From: Candidatus Kapaibacterium sp.
Lineage (GTDB): Bacteria; Bacteroidota; Ignavibacteria; Kapaibacteriales; UBA2268
Assembly: GCA_963665665.1 (NCBI GenBank)
Contig: OY762428.1
Location: 3,872,001-3,936,000, forward strand
Direction: 5' to 3'
Length of the DNA stretch: 64,000 nt
The position numbers were made by a program, and so were the translations under genes. Shown piece after piece: positions 20,250 to 29,080 of the stretch (position 1 is the first letter of the stretch; each line of letters opens with the position of its first letter). The notes beneath the pieces were generated by a model that ran no database searches, was not told where the DNA came from, and saw nothing but the letters and a program-made list of their open reading frames with translations.

Positions 20250-20260
20250 CACTGGTATGA
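19367..20260 (+). CDS. Rpn family recombination-promoting nuclease / PD-(D/E)XK putative transposase, copy 1
   Basis: YINPFTDYGFKKLFG, AIFDLYC...FIVELQ, DRTVYYS, YLEMPKF, C-terminal EG.EEG repeats and IARKM...G. Confidence 0.92.
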   Translation: MYNFKEKYINPFTDYGFKKLFGEEPNKDLLLDFLNELLREEQGEIKDLTYLKNENLGAAEADRRAIFDLYCENEKGEKFIVELQKTKQNFFKDRTVYYSTFPIRDQAQRGDWNYELNPVYTIAVLDFIFDDDKKEPEKFRYNVKLSDLDSHEVFYDKWTFIYLEMPKFNKNIDELETRFDKWLYVLRNLNRLDRVPDKLRERIFEKLFETAEIAKFTPQQVMNYEDSLKYYRDLKNSIDTARDEGKEEGYEQGVEKGIEKGKIDIARKMIQKGMSVEMIIELTGMSEGDINSLKSLV

Positions 20261-20423
20261 ATCCCAAAGTAAACTTTGGAAACTGATTCCGCAGCAAGCT
20301 GCGGGGTATTTTTTCCCTCCGACTTCGTCGGGATTGTTCGACTATCAAATTTCTTTCTCTTCGTTCATGAAATTTGAGTCTCACGAATAAATTTCCCCCC
20401 CACCGTACCCGATTTATCGGGGA
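20261..20423. mobile_element. Non-autonomous palindrome cluster (MITE/REP-like) between the rpn copies
   Basis: CCAAAGT-aa-ACTTTGG, CCGCAGC-aa-GCTGCGG, CCGAC-ttc-GTCGG, CCCGAT-tt-ATCGGG. Confidence 0.55.
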
Positions 20424-20444
20424 AAGACAAATAGCAAAAATTCT

Positions 20445-21556
20445 CCTCATTACGAAGTTGTACTTCGCAATGCAGTTTTCTTTTGAAACTAAGCTTCATA
20501 ATTCCAAAGTATAACTTTGCAGGAAATTGACCTTCCCAAGTGTAACCTGGGAAGGAGAAAAAAGAATAAAAAGATAAAATCTTGGAAAACAGCTGCTGTT
20601 TTTTTAAATTAAGATAATATTTGATTTGATACGTTTTTGATTAAAACCTTGTGAGGCAGAAATGTATAATTTTAAAGAAAAATATATAAACCCCTTTACC
20701 GATTACGGCTTTAAAAAGCTTTTCGGAGAGGAACCAAATAAAGACCTGCTACTGGATTTCCTGAATGAGCTGTTGCGAGAAGAACAAGGCGAGATAAAAG
20801 ACCTGACCTATCTGAAAAATGAAAACCTCGGTGCTGCCGAGGCAGACAGACGGGCTATTTTCGATCTGTACTGTGAAAATGAAAAAGGTGAAAAATTCAT
20901 TGTCGAGCTGCAGAAAACCAAGCAGAACTTCTTCAAAGACAGGACGGTTTATTATTCCACATTTCCTATCAGAGACCAGGCACAGCGCGGCGACTGGGAT
21001 TATGAGCTAAACCCCGTTTATATAATCGCTGTTCTGGATTTCATTTTCGACGATGACAAAAAAGAACCTGAAAAATTCCGATACAACGTGAAATTAAGCG
21101 ATTTGGACAGCCACGAAGTATTCTATGATAAGTGGACATTTATATACCTTGAAATGCCAAAGTTCAACAAAACTATAGATGAGCTTGAAACCCGGTTTGA
21201 CAAATGGCTGTATGTACTCAGGAACCTGAACAGGCTGGATCGTGTTCCGGATAAACTTCGTGAAAGAATATTCGAGAAACTTTTCGAAACTGCCGAGATT
21301 GCGAAATTTACCCCCCAACAGGTAATGAATTACGAGGACAGCCTGAAATACTACAGAGACCTGAAAAATTCTATTGACACCGCCCGCGATGAAGGCAAAG
21401 AAGAAGGGTATGAAGAAGGCGTCGAGAAAGGAATAGAGAAAGGAATAGAAAAAGGAAAAATTGATATAGCCAGGAAGATGATTCAAAAAGGAATGTCTGT
21501 CGAGATGATTATTGAACTGACGGGGATGAGTGAAGGCGATATAAACAGTTTGAAAT
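20445..21556 (+). repeat. Copy 2 of ~1.1-kb direct repeat
   Basis: Matches 19150-20249. Confidence 0.95.
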
Positions 21557-21558
21557 AA
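20662..21558 (+). CDS. Rpn family recombination-promoting nuclease, copy 2
   Basis: Same motifs as copy 1; four substitutions, one extra IEKG unit, lacks the terminal SLV. Confidence 0.92.
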   Translation: MYNFKEKYINPFTDYGFKKLFGEEPNKDLLLDFLNELLREEQGEIKDLTYLKNENLGAAEADRRAIFDLYCENEKGEKFIVELQKTKQNFFKDRTVYYSTFPIRDQAQRGDWDYELNPVYIIAVLDFIFDDDKKEPEKFRYNVKLSDLDSHEVFYDKWTFIYLEMPKFNKTIDELETRFDKWLYVLRNLNRLDRVPDKLRERIFEKLFETAEIAKFTPQQVMNYEDSLKYYRDLKNSIDTARDEGKEEGYEEGVEKGIEKGIEKGKIDIARKMIQKGMSVEMIIELTGMSEGDINSLK

Positions 21559-21610
21559 ATAACATTCAGGAAATAAGATCTATAACGATTTGTTGAAAAG
21601 TATAATTATC

Positions 21611-21643
21611 AGATGTCCAACCCCTGAGAGATATTGGACATCT
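21611..21643. terminator. Hairpin between convergent rpn and asnB
   Basis: AGATGTCCAA-13 nt-TTGGACATCT. Confidence 0.5.
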
Positions 21644-21677
21644 ATATATGATAGAATATAAACCTGATTATCCCTTA

Positions 21678-23591
21678 TTAACCGAAAAATCTACGATACC
21701 ATATTGATAGCATAAACAAAGTGAATATCTCAAGGCCGTGATTTTTACCCTGCTTATGTGTTCTGAAAAGCCTGGAAATATACTTTGCATCAAGTATTTT
21801 CTGCTTCACAAGGTATGAATCCATTATCTCTGATTCCGCCAGAACAGACCATTGTTTCCTTAGCCACTCGTTTACAGGAGCCCAGAAACCCTGCTTTTTC
21901 CTGTAAATAATTTCGTGAGGAAGAATAGGTTCCACGGCTTTTTTCAGGATATATTTTGTAACGTTCATATCCGGAATCTTTATGGAAGGCGGCAAAGACA
22001 TAGTAAACTCCACAATCCTATGGTCAAGGAAAGGCACTCTTGCTTCAATGCTGTGCGCCATACCGATTTTATCCACACGCATAAGAAGTATTTCCGAAAG
22101 GCGCATCCTAAGTTCATTATGGGCTATTCTCTGGAGTATATCAACCCCCGGATAGATTTTTTCCGCTTCACTGTTCAGATCATTAGCCAGTTTCACGGGA
22201 TTTTCTTTCAGGTAATTGTATTCGGATGTGAACAGATCTTCCTGGTGGGACGGCGAAAATATCGGCATACCGCTCCAGTAAAGGTGATTGCTTTCAGCTC
22301 CTTTACGGATATAATCCAGAGCCTGATTCTGATCCATTGCTTTAAAAAAAGGTTTGGCTAACTGGTAAGCACCTTTTCGCAGGCCTTTGGGCACAGAGTT
22401 GAACATTTTCCAGGCGCTGTTGAATACTTTTATTTCCCTCATCATCCAGGGGTAACCGACAAACTGCTCGTCGCTTCCTTCGCCAACCTGGATAACTGTA
22501 GTGCCGGAATCCCTTGTCAGCTTGCTGAGAAACCACAGCGGCATACATACCGGATCGGCGTTCGGTTCGTCTTCGTGCCAGGCAAGGTCTTCAAGAATCG
22601 GCAGGGCATCATCGGAATCGATCAGAATTTCATTGTGATTAGTATTATAAATATCCGAGATTTTTCGTGCGTATTCCAGTTCGTTATATTTTTCAAGTTC
22701 TTTAAAACCTACTGAGTAGGTGTCAATCGGCCTGTCCATGAATTCATGCATCAGTGCCACGTTAAGGCTGGAATCAATTCCTCCGCTTAGAAATACGCCG
22801 AAAGGAACGTCGCTCATCATTCTGTCGGCTATAGCCTGGCGCAGCGATCCAACCAATTCTTCTTTGACCTCGTTTTCCGATAATTCAGAATACTTCATAT
22901 CGGGTTGTATCGGATTCCAGTACATTTCAACTTTCAATTCGCCTTCAGAATTCAAATACAGCCAGTGTCCGGAAGATACTTTATGAATATCTCTGAACAT
23001 TGTATCAAAATTTCCGGACATTCCGAAATTAAGATATACAGGAAGCTGATCAAGGTTCATTTCAGTTTTTACGTCAGGATGCTGAAGGATAGATTTTATT
23101 TCAGAGCCGAAAATCAGGCGTCCGTTTTTGTGATAGTAATACAAAGGCTTTATACCTATTCTGTCTCTGGCTGCAAAGAGTTCCTTTTTATCATTATCCC
23201 AGATAGCAAAGGCAAACATACCTGTAAGCTTACGGACAATATCCCTGCCGAACTCCCTGAAACCGTACAGGATTGTCTCGGTATCGGTTCCCGAGCGGTA
23301 TTTATAGCCCCGGGATACCAGTTCTGCGCGAATTTCCCGGTGGTTGTATATTTCGCCGTTGAAAACAATTGAAAAACGGCCGTCATCGCTGTGCATTGGC
23401 TGATTACCGGCGTCGCTCAGGTCAATGATCGATAGGCGGCGAAAGCTTAAACCGCATTGCCTGTCGTCGCTCATCCACTGGCCTTCCGAGTCGGGGCCCC
23501 GGTGGATAATAACATCGCTCATTTTCTTCAATATTTCCCGGTTTACCTTCGGGTTTTGATTACGGTCAATAATTCCGGCAATTCCGCACAT
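21678..23591 (-). CDS. asnB: Asparagine synthase (glutamine-hydrolysing) family amidotransferase
   Basis: MCGIAG, HRGPD, FNGEIYN, RDRIGIKPLY, LSGGIDSS, EARVPFLD, RKKQGF. Confidence 0.92.
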   Translation of the reverse strand: MCGIAGIIDRNQNPKVNREILKKMSDVIIHRGPDSEGQWMSDDRQCGLSFRRLSIIDLSDAGNQPMHSDDGRFSIVFNGEIYNHREIRAELVSRGYKYRSGTDTETILYGFREFGRDIVRKLTGMFAFAIWDNDKKELFAARDRIGIKPLYYYHKNGRLIFGSEIKSILQHPDVKTEMNLDQLPVYLNFGMSGNFDTMFRDIHKVSSGHWLYLNSEGELKVEMYWNPIQPDMKYSELSENEVKEELVGSLRQAIADRMMSDVPFGVFLSGGIDSSLNVALMHEFMDRPIDTYSVGFKELEKYNELEYARKISDIYNTNHNEILIDSDDALPILEDLAWHEDEPNADPVCMPLWFLSKLTRDSGTTVIQVGEGSDEQFVGYPWMMREIKVFNSAWKMFNSVPKGLRKGAYQLAKPFFKAMDQNQALDYIRKGAESNHLYWSGMPIFSPSHQEDLFTSEYNYLKENPVKLANDLNSEAEKIYPGVDILQRIAHNELRMRLSEILLMRVDKIGMAHSIEARVPFLDHRIVEFTMSLPPSIKIPDMNVTKYILKKAVEPILPHEIIYRKKQGFWAPVNEWLRKQWSVLAESEIMDSYLVKQKILDAKYISRLFRTHKQGKNHGLEIFTLFMLSIWYRRFFG

Positions 23592-23661
23592 ATAACAGTT
23601 CCGTTTTTCTAAATCAATTTATTTTTCTCTAATAAGTGGCTGTCTCAAAAACTTTTAATGC

Positions 23662-23733
23662 TGTCACTCTGAGCGCAGCGAAGAGTCCATAACCTAAGTG
23701 AATAGTGGATTCTTCACTTGGTTCAGAATGACA
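23662..23733. repeat. Complete inverted REP pair, GTCA...GAAGAATC family
   Basis: TGTCACTCTGAGCGCAGCGAAGAGTCC-18 nt-GGATTCTTCACTTGGTTCAGAATGACA. Confidence 0.8.
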
Positions 23734-23795
23734 AAAAATACAAATTTAGAATAATGAGACATTGCCTTCTCAAATAATTTGCAAAGCAACTATCA

Positions 23796-24539
23796 TCACA
23801 TGTCAATATTACGATGCAAAGTAGCAGTATTTATTAGCTGTATCATTTCTTTAACCGCAGCGTCAAGGCCTGTGAATATGGCTCTTGCCATAATCGAATG
23901 CCCAATACTAAGTTCGTCAATTTCATGAATAAAGCAAATCGGACGAGTGTTAACATAATTCAGGCCGTGCCCGGCGGCTATCTGAAGCCCTGCATTGGAA
24001 GCATACTGGCAGGCGCTGATGATCTTATTCAGCTCATTATTCACTGCTTCGCTTCCTCTTGCGTTAGCATAAATACCTGTATGTATCTCAACCATATCGG
24101 CATCTGCTTTTATAGCGGCGTTTATCTGTTCTTCAGTTGGTTCAATGAAATACGAAACTTCAATACCTTTGTCATGAAAACGGCCAGAAAGCTTTTTGTA
24201 TCTTTCAATGTCAGCAGCCATGTTAAGCCCGCCCTCGGTGGTAAGTTCCTGCCTTTTTTCAGGTACAATGGTCACCAGTTCAGGTTTTGTATCAAGAGCA
24301 ATGTTGATAATTTCTTCATTGGCAGCCATTTCAAGGTCCATTTTTGTCTGGACAATTTCTCGTATCAGCCTAACGTCCCTGTCGTTAACGTGACGCCTGT
24401 CCTCACGAAGGTGGCAGACGATACCCTGGGCGCCTGCAAGTTCAGCAATCGAAACTGCGGCTACCGGATCCGGTTCGATACCGCCACGCGCCTGCCTGAG
24501 CGTGGCAACATGGTCTATATTAATATTCAGTCTTATCAT
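23796..24539 (-). CDS. pdxJ: Pyridoxine 5'-phosphate synthase
   Basis: NIDHVATLRQAR, HLREDRRH, VPEKRQELTTEGGL, AGHGL, SIGHSI. Confidence 0.97.
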   Translation of the reverse strand: MIRLNINIDHVATLRQARGGIEPDPVAAVSIAELAGAQGIVCHLREDRRHVNDRDVRLIREIVQTKMDLEMAANEEIINIALDTKPELVTIVPEKRQELTTEGGLNMAADIERYKKLSGRFHDKGIEVSYFIEPTEEQINAAIKADADMVEIHTGIYANARGSEAVNNELNKIISACQYASNAGLQIAAGHGLNYVNTRPICFIHEIDELSIGHSIMARAIFTGLDAAVKEMIQLINTATLHRNIDM

Positions 24540-24872
24540 TTGTATATCTCCAGCTTAATTCACTTTTAGTTAGATAACAAAATTATTCAATTTAGCTGAT
24601 ATTCTCAAGGAAAAGAAAAAATTGAGGCAGATTAACAATCCGATTATCTTTGCTCTTGTAAATTGAACCATAAAATGATTGAAGAACAAATTATTAATAA
24701 TGATAAAAAGGTTATGAATACCAGGAACTTTTCATAAAATCAATCATTTTCAATCTGATAAATTTGCCTTTTCAATATTCGGCCAGACAATAAAAATAAT
24801 TGCGTAACTTTTAATAAGATCAAATGTTTTTACTGGTAGTAATTATATTGTCAATATTATCGGGATGGGAAT

Positions 24873-26405
24873 ATGGGCAGGTTCAGGTTTATTACTAATT
24901 TATTTTTTACACTTTTACTTTTGATTTTTCCGGCCTGTTTACAGTCACAGGATACGGGGGTTTTCCAGAAAAATATCACAGCAGAAGACGGGACTGATAT
25001 TGTTATTCACTTCTATGTACCCGACAGCTATGATGCTGATAAGGAATATCCTCTTGTAATCGGTTTGCCCCCGGGTACAACTTCCGGCGTTTTTTTCAGG
25101 GATATGCTTTATTTCAAAATAAGCGATAAGGATCTAATTATGGCCTGTCCTGATGAAACCTATAAGGATCATGAAATTATTGCCCACACTATAAAATATT
25201 GTCAGCAGGAATACAATATTGACGGGGAAAACATTGTTCTTTCCGGCTACTCGGCAGGTGGCAGCAGTGCATTTGCCTGGGGATATGACAAAGCAGACAT
25301 TATCAAAGGAATATTGGGGGTAGCCCCTGCAATCGGCGGTTTTGATTATTCTTACGTACACAACCGTCCGTTTGCGCTGATTTGCGGCGACAAGGATGCC
25401 CTGATTTCAGTTAGCCGTACATTGAATGAAAATATCAATCTAAATAAAGGATCCTGCATATTAATCGAGAAACCCAATGTAGGTCATTCAGGCGATTATT
25501 TTATGATGTCGGAATTCAGGGACGACTGGTGGCAATGTTATGAATTCATACAAAATTTCCAGCCACTGCCGCAGGTTGAGCTGATAGCTCCGAAAAATAA
25601 TTCATCAGGAATCAAGCAGCCTGTTCAATTAAAATGGAACAAATTCGATTCATTTGGCGAATATGAAATCGAAGTATATAATTATTCTGAAAAAATATTG
25701 ACTGATACGATAAATAATACAGGCTATACCATTGACGGATTTGCCGGAAACTACAAATTATCCTGGCTTGTAAGGCCACTAACAGAAAGCGATGATTTGA
25801 TGTGGTCGCAGAAGTGGAATTTTACAACAAATATACTACCAATTGAAAACAAGGTTGAATTGGACTTTCCAGCCGACGGCGCTGAAAAGCAGGCTATCGT
25901 AGCTCAGCTATGCTGGAATGTTGAAAGCCAGGCAGAATTTTATCATTTGCAACTTAGCGAGGATGAATTCCAAACCTTTACAATTGATAATGACAGCCTG
26001 GAAGCTAAACAGGGATATATACGCTATCAGCATCATGAATACTACAAGGAAGGAACAAAATACTGGTGGAGAGTTCGTGCAGGCAACAGCCTTGGTTGGG
26101 GCCCATGGTCTGATGCAAGAACCTTTACAACTATGATTTACAATTCGGTAGATGATGATATATCCGGCCAGCCGTCCTTAATACTCTATCCGAATCCGGC
26201 AGGTGATTATTTGATTATTGATACCGATAATATCAATTTGAATAATTCAATAGTTACAATAGTTGACTATCCTGGAAAAATTATACACTGGGATGTAAGC
26301 ACAAACGGACAGATCAATATCAGCGAATTGCCGGCAGGGTATTATACATTGTTGTTATATACAGGAAAAAATATTATCAGAAAAGAATTTGTGATCTGCA
26401 GGTAA
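24873..26405 (+). CDS. T9SS cargo: alpha/beta-hydrolase (esterase-like), FnIII-like repeats, CTD
   Basis: GYSAG nucleophile elbow, GDKD, VGH; YWWRVRA.N..GWGPWS; LYPNPA...AGYY. Confidence 0.8.
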   Translation: MGRFRFITNLFFTLLLLIFPACLQSQDTGVFQKNITAEDGTDIVIHFYVPDSYDADKEYPLVIGLPPGTTSGVFFRDMLYFKISDKDLIMACPDETYKDHEIIAHTIKYCQQEYNIDGENIVLSGYSAGGSSAFAWGYDKADIIKGILGVAPAIGGFDYSYVHNRPFALICGDKDALISVSRTLNENINLNKGSCILIEKPNVGHSGDYFMMSEFRDDWWQCYEFIQNFQPLPQVELIAPKNNSSGIKQPVQLKWNKFDSFGEYEIEVYNYSEKILTDTINNTGYTIDGFAGNYKLSWLVRPLTESDDLMWSQKWNFTTNILPIENKVELDFPADGAEKQAIVAQLCWNVESQAEFYHLQLSEDEFQTFTIDNDSLEAKQGYIRYQHHEYYKEGTKYWWRVRAGNSLGWGPWSDARTFTTMIYNSVDDDISGQPSLILYPNPAGDYLIIDTDNINLNNSIVTIVDYPGKIIHWDVSTNGQINISELPAGYYTLLLYTGKNIIRKEFVICR

Positions 26406-26640
26406 AGTTGTCGATAACAGCAGCAATTTTTACAAAAGATGTTTTGTTATCGTTAATCAAATAATTTTAAACATATCATCACATATCATAAGATGGAATC
26501 AAACAGGACGGCGTTGATAACAAAGATTGCTTATATTAATTTCAGAAATTTTTAAAAATTTTCCATCCTCCCCGATACTTTTTCTAAATCAGTTCGTTAT
26601 TAAAAGCAAGAAACCAGAATAAAGGAATGACACACAAAAA

Positions 26641-26673
26641 CACCGTGCCTGTATTGCACGGCGGGGATTTTTT
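26641..26673 (+). promoter_or_regulatory. Terminator-like hairpin ~45 nt upstream of the VIT gene
   Basis: CCGTGC-ctgtatt-GCACGG then GGGGA and a T run. Confidence 0.35.
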
Positions 26674-26715
26674 TGCTTATAAACAACTTGTTTTATTTAT
26701 TGATAGGGGACTGTC

Positions 26716-28839
26716 ATGAGAAGGTACTGTTCCACAATGATCGTTGCTTTTGCTTTTTTCTTATTCGTCTGTGCTGCCGGCGCCACAAACCGCCTGACCG
26801 TATTAAACCCGCAACAAAGCTGGAATTCTGCAACCGGTACTATCGAAGAATGCGTAATAACCTGCCAGCCGCGGGGCGCCTTCATTGAATATGATATGTA
26901 CCTGACTTTTTCCGCTCGCGATCTGAATTATTACTCAAATACCCAGCTGGAAGTAGTGATGGATTTTCAGCTTCCTGAAAATGCCCTGCTTTGTGATTCA
27001 TGGCTTTGGGTTGGCGATACAATAGTTGTTGCCGATATAATTGATAAATGGACGGCTTCGATGGTTTACGAGGGAATTGTCAAACGCCGCCGCGACCCTT
27101 CACTGCTTACTAAAAGCAGTTCTACCCAATACCAGCTGCGGGTATATCCAATGCTTGCAAATTCTACAAGAAAAGTGAAAATATCATATATGGTTCCGTT
27201 TAACTGGAACGAGGACAAAGTATTTGCCGCTCCTTACCTGGACATTGTCAGCCAGAGCCTCCGGCGTCCTGAAAAAATTCAATTAATATCCTATGTTGAT
27301 ACCGATTTTTCTAATCCCGTTCTGACCGGCTCAACAAGCCAGCTTACTTACGGAAATATTCCGGAGATAGGGAATTGTTATTATGCTGATATCGATTATG
27401 CCGAGGCTAAAACCGGAAATGTTAAGATACATTTCGATACTGAAGTTTCATCAGGGAATTATCTGAATGTAAACAGGGTTGGTGATGAAAATTATTACCA
27501 GTTGGTTGTTAATACTGATAACATTATTACAGATATTACTCCCAGAAAAGTTCTTGTTCTTTTTGACTATGATTATGGAAAATCAAATTACCCGAAAATG
27601 TCTGTCAATCAGTCAATCAAAGATGCCATCATCGCCAATTTAACGCCGGTTGATTCTTTCAAACTGCTTTATACAGATTATATATTGAAACCAGTTAGTG
27701 ATGAATGGACTGCTGCCACAAATTCGGAAATAGACAGGATATTTGACCTTATTGATGATTCTGATATTTCAGATTTCAGTAATCTGCCAGGGCTGCTGAT
27801 GGAAGCTGTCAGGATAATAAATGAAACTGACGACGAATACACAATATTGCTTGTAACAACAACCGATAAATACGGCAGTCAGGATGCCGGCAATCTGCTT
27901 GTAAATGAAATGCTGAACAATCTCGTCAGAAAATTACCTGTTTATATTGTTGATATTTGTAATGTTAATCCCGCAAGGTACAGGATTAACGGAATAAATT
28001 ATGACGGAAACGAATACCTGAACTATCATCTTGCCAGAATGAGTGGCGGGGAATCTTTGAAATTATACGGGACAAGCTATACAATTACACAACTATTGAA
28101 TCAGGCAATGAGTATGATCTTTTCTTCTGTAGCGGATTTGAATATCCATTATAACCTCGATAATGGTTTCTGCTACAGGAAGCACAATATTTCAGGAGAT
28201 TTTTCAATTGGGAAGAATTTTATTGAAACAGGGCTGATGACAGGCGATTTCCCGTTTGAAATTGAAATAACAGGCTTTTATCGCGACGACCCGTTTTTCA
28301 AAAAAATAGTTATCGAAGAAGATGAAGTATCAATTGTAAGTAATAATAACAATGTTGTCTGGAATGGGTTTGACATAATTGATAAAGAAAAAACATCAAA
28401 TAAAACGAACAAACTGATCCAGGAAATTATTGACCAGAGTATGGACAACAGGGTACTTTCACAATATACTGCATTCCTGGCACTTGAACCGGGAATGGAT
28501 ATTGACTCACTGAAAGGCGAAGAAGATGATGAGGACGTTAATACCGATGTCGTATATAACCGAAACAAACAAATAAATATAACAACATATCCGAATCCAT
28601 TCAGTGAATTTACAACACTAGACCTAAGAAGCCTTTCTTTATCTGAATTGAAGAACGTTTCAATCGAGATATTTAATACAGAAGGATCAAAAGTATACTA
28701 TAGTAATAATATTTCAGGTAGCGAAATTCGATGGGAAGGCATTGACGATTCAGGGAATAAATTGCCGGCAGGAGTTTACACTATTTTAATAAAAACAGAT
28801 GAAAGTTCATATCGGATAAGTACCGTTCTAATCAGATAG
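26716..28839 (+). CDS. T9SS cargo with VIT (vault inter-alpha-trypsin) domain, vWA-like region and FlgD-Ig/CTD
   Basis: FQLPENA...SWLWVG...A..VYEGIV.RRRDPSLL...LRVYP; VLSQYTAFLALE; YPNPFS...WEGIDDSGNKLPAGVY. Confidence 0.8.
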   Translation: MRRYCSTMIVAFAFFLFVCAAGATNRLTVLNPQQSWNSATGTIEECVITCQPRGAFIEYDMYLTFSARDLNYYSNTQLEVVMDFQLPENALLCDSWLWVGDTIVVADIIDKWTASMVYEGIVKRRRDPSLLTKSSSTQYQLRVYPMLANSTRKVKISYMVPFNWNEDKVFAAPYLDIVSQSLRRPEKIQLISYVDTDFSNPVLTGSTSQLTYGNIPEIGNCYYADIDYAEAKTGNVKIHFDTEVSSGNYLNVNRVGDENYYQLVVNTDNIITDITPRKVLVLFDYDYGKSNYPKMSVNQSIKDAIIANLTPVDSFKLLYTDYILKPVSDEWTAATNSEIDRIFDLIDDSDISDFSNLPGLLMEAVRIINETDDEYTILLVTTTDKYGSQDAGNLLVNEMLNNLVRKLPVYIVDICNVNPARYRINGINYDGNEYLNYHLARMSGGESLKLYGTSYTITQLLNQAMSMIFSSVADLNIHYNLDNGFCYRKHNISGDFSIGKNFIETGLMTGDFPFEIEITGFYRDDPFFKKIVIEEDEVSIVSNNNNVVWNGFDIIDKEKTSNKTNKLIQEIIDQSMDNRVLSQYTAFLALEPGMDIDSLKGEEDDEDVNTDVVYNRNKQINITTYPNPFSEFTTLDLRSLSLSELKNVSIEIFNTEGSKVYYSNNISGSEIRWEGIDDSGNKLPAGVYTILIKTDESSYRISTVLIR

Positions 28840-28872
28840 AAAGCACGGGAAATTGATCACCCGAATAGTGAT

Positions 28873-28909
28873 AAATCCGCTTTGGGCAAAAGCTTAGGGC
28901 GGATTTTTT
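28873..28909 (+). terminator. Intrinsic terminator
   Basis: AAATCCGCTTTGGGC-aaaa-GCTTAGGGCGGATTT followed by Ts. Confidence 0.7.
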
Positions 28910-29080
28910 CTTTTAGAAAAAAAATTGCCGGTTCTTCGAGGAGAGCTTTCATTTATAAATTTTCATCTGATATAAATATTGCAGTGCTTGTTAAAAATTT
29001 CGTTAACGAAAAAAATCCTGAGACTTTTTCAATTATATTTGTTATTATAATTGAACTTGTTAACGAAATATTGAGAAGCA

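Noticed and set aside
19367-21558. rpn copies as IS elements
   Set aside because: No DDE or HuH motif, terminal inverted repeats or target duplication seen
19367-21558. Diversity-generating retroelement template/variable repeat pair
   Set aside because: Differences are mostly synonymous and not adenine-specific; no reverse transcriptase
23898-24569. 223-aa antisense ORF over pdxJ (likewise 1961-2572, 14987-15526, 60983-61531)
   Set aside because: Shadow frames of well-conserved genes
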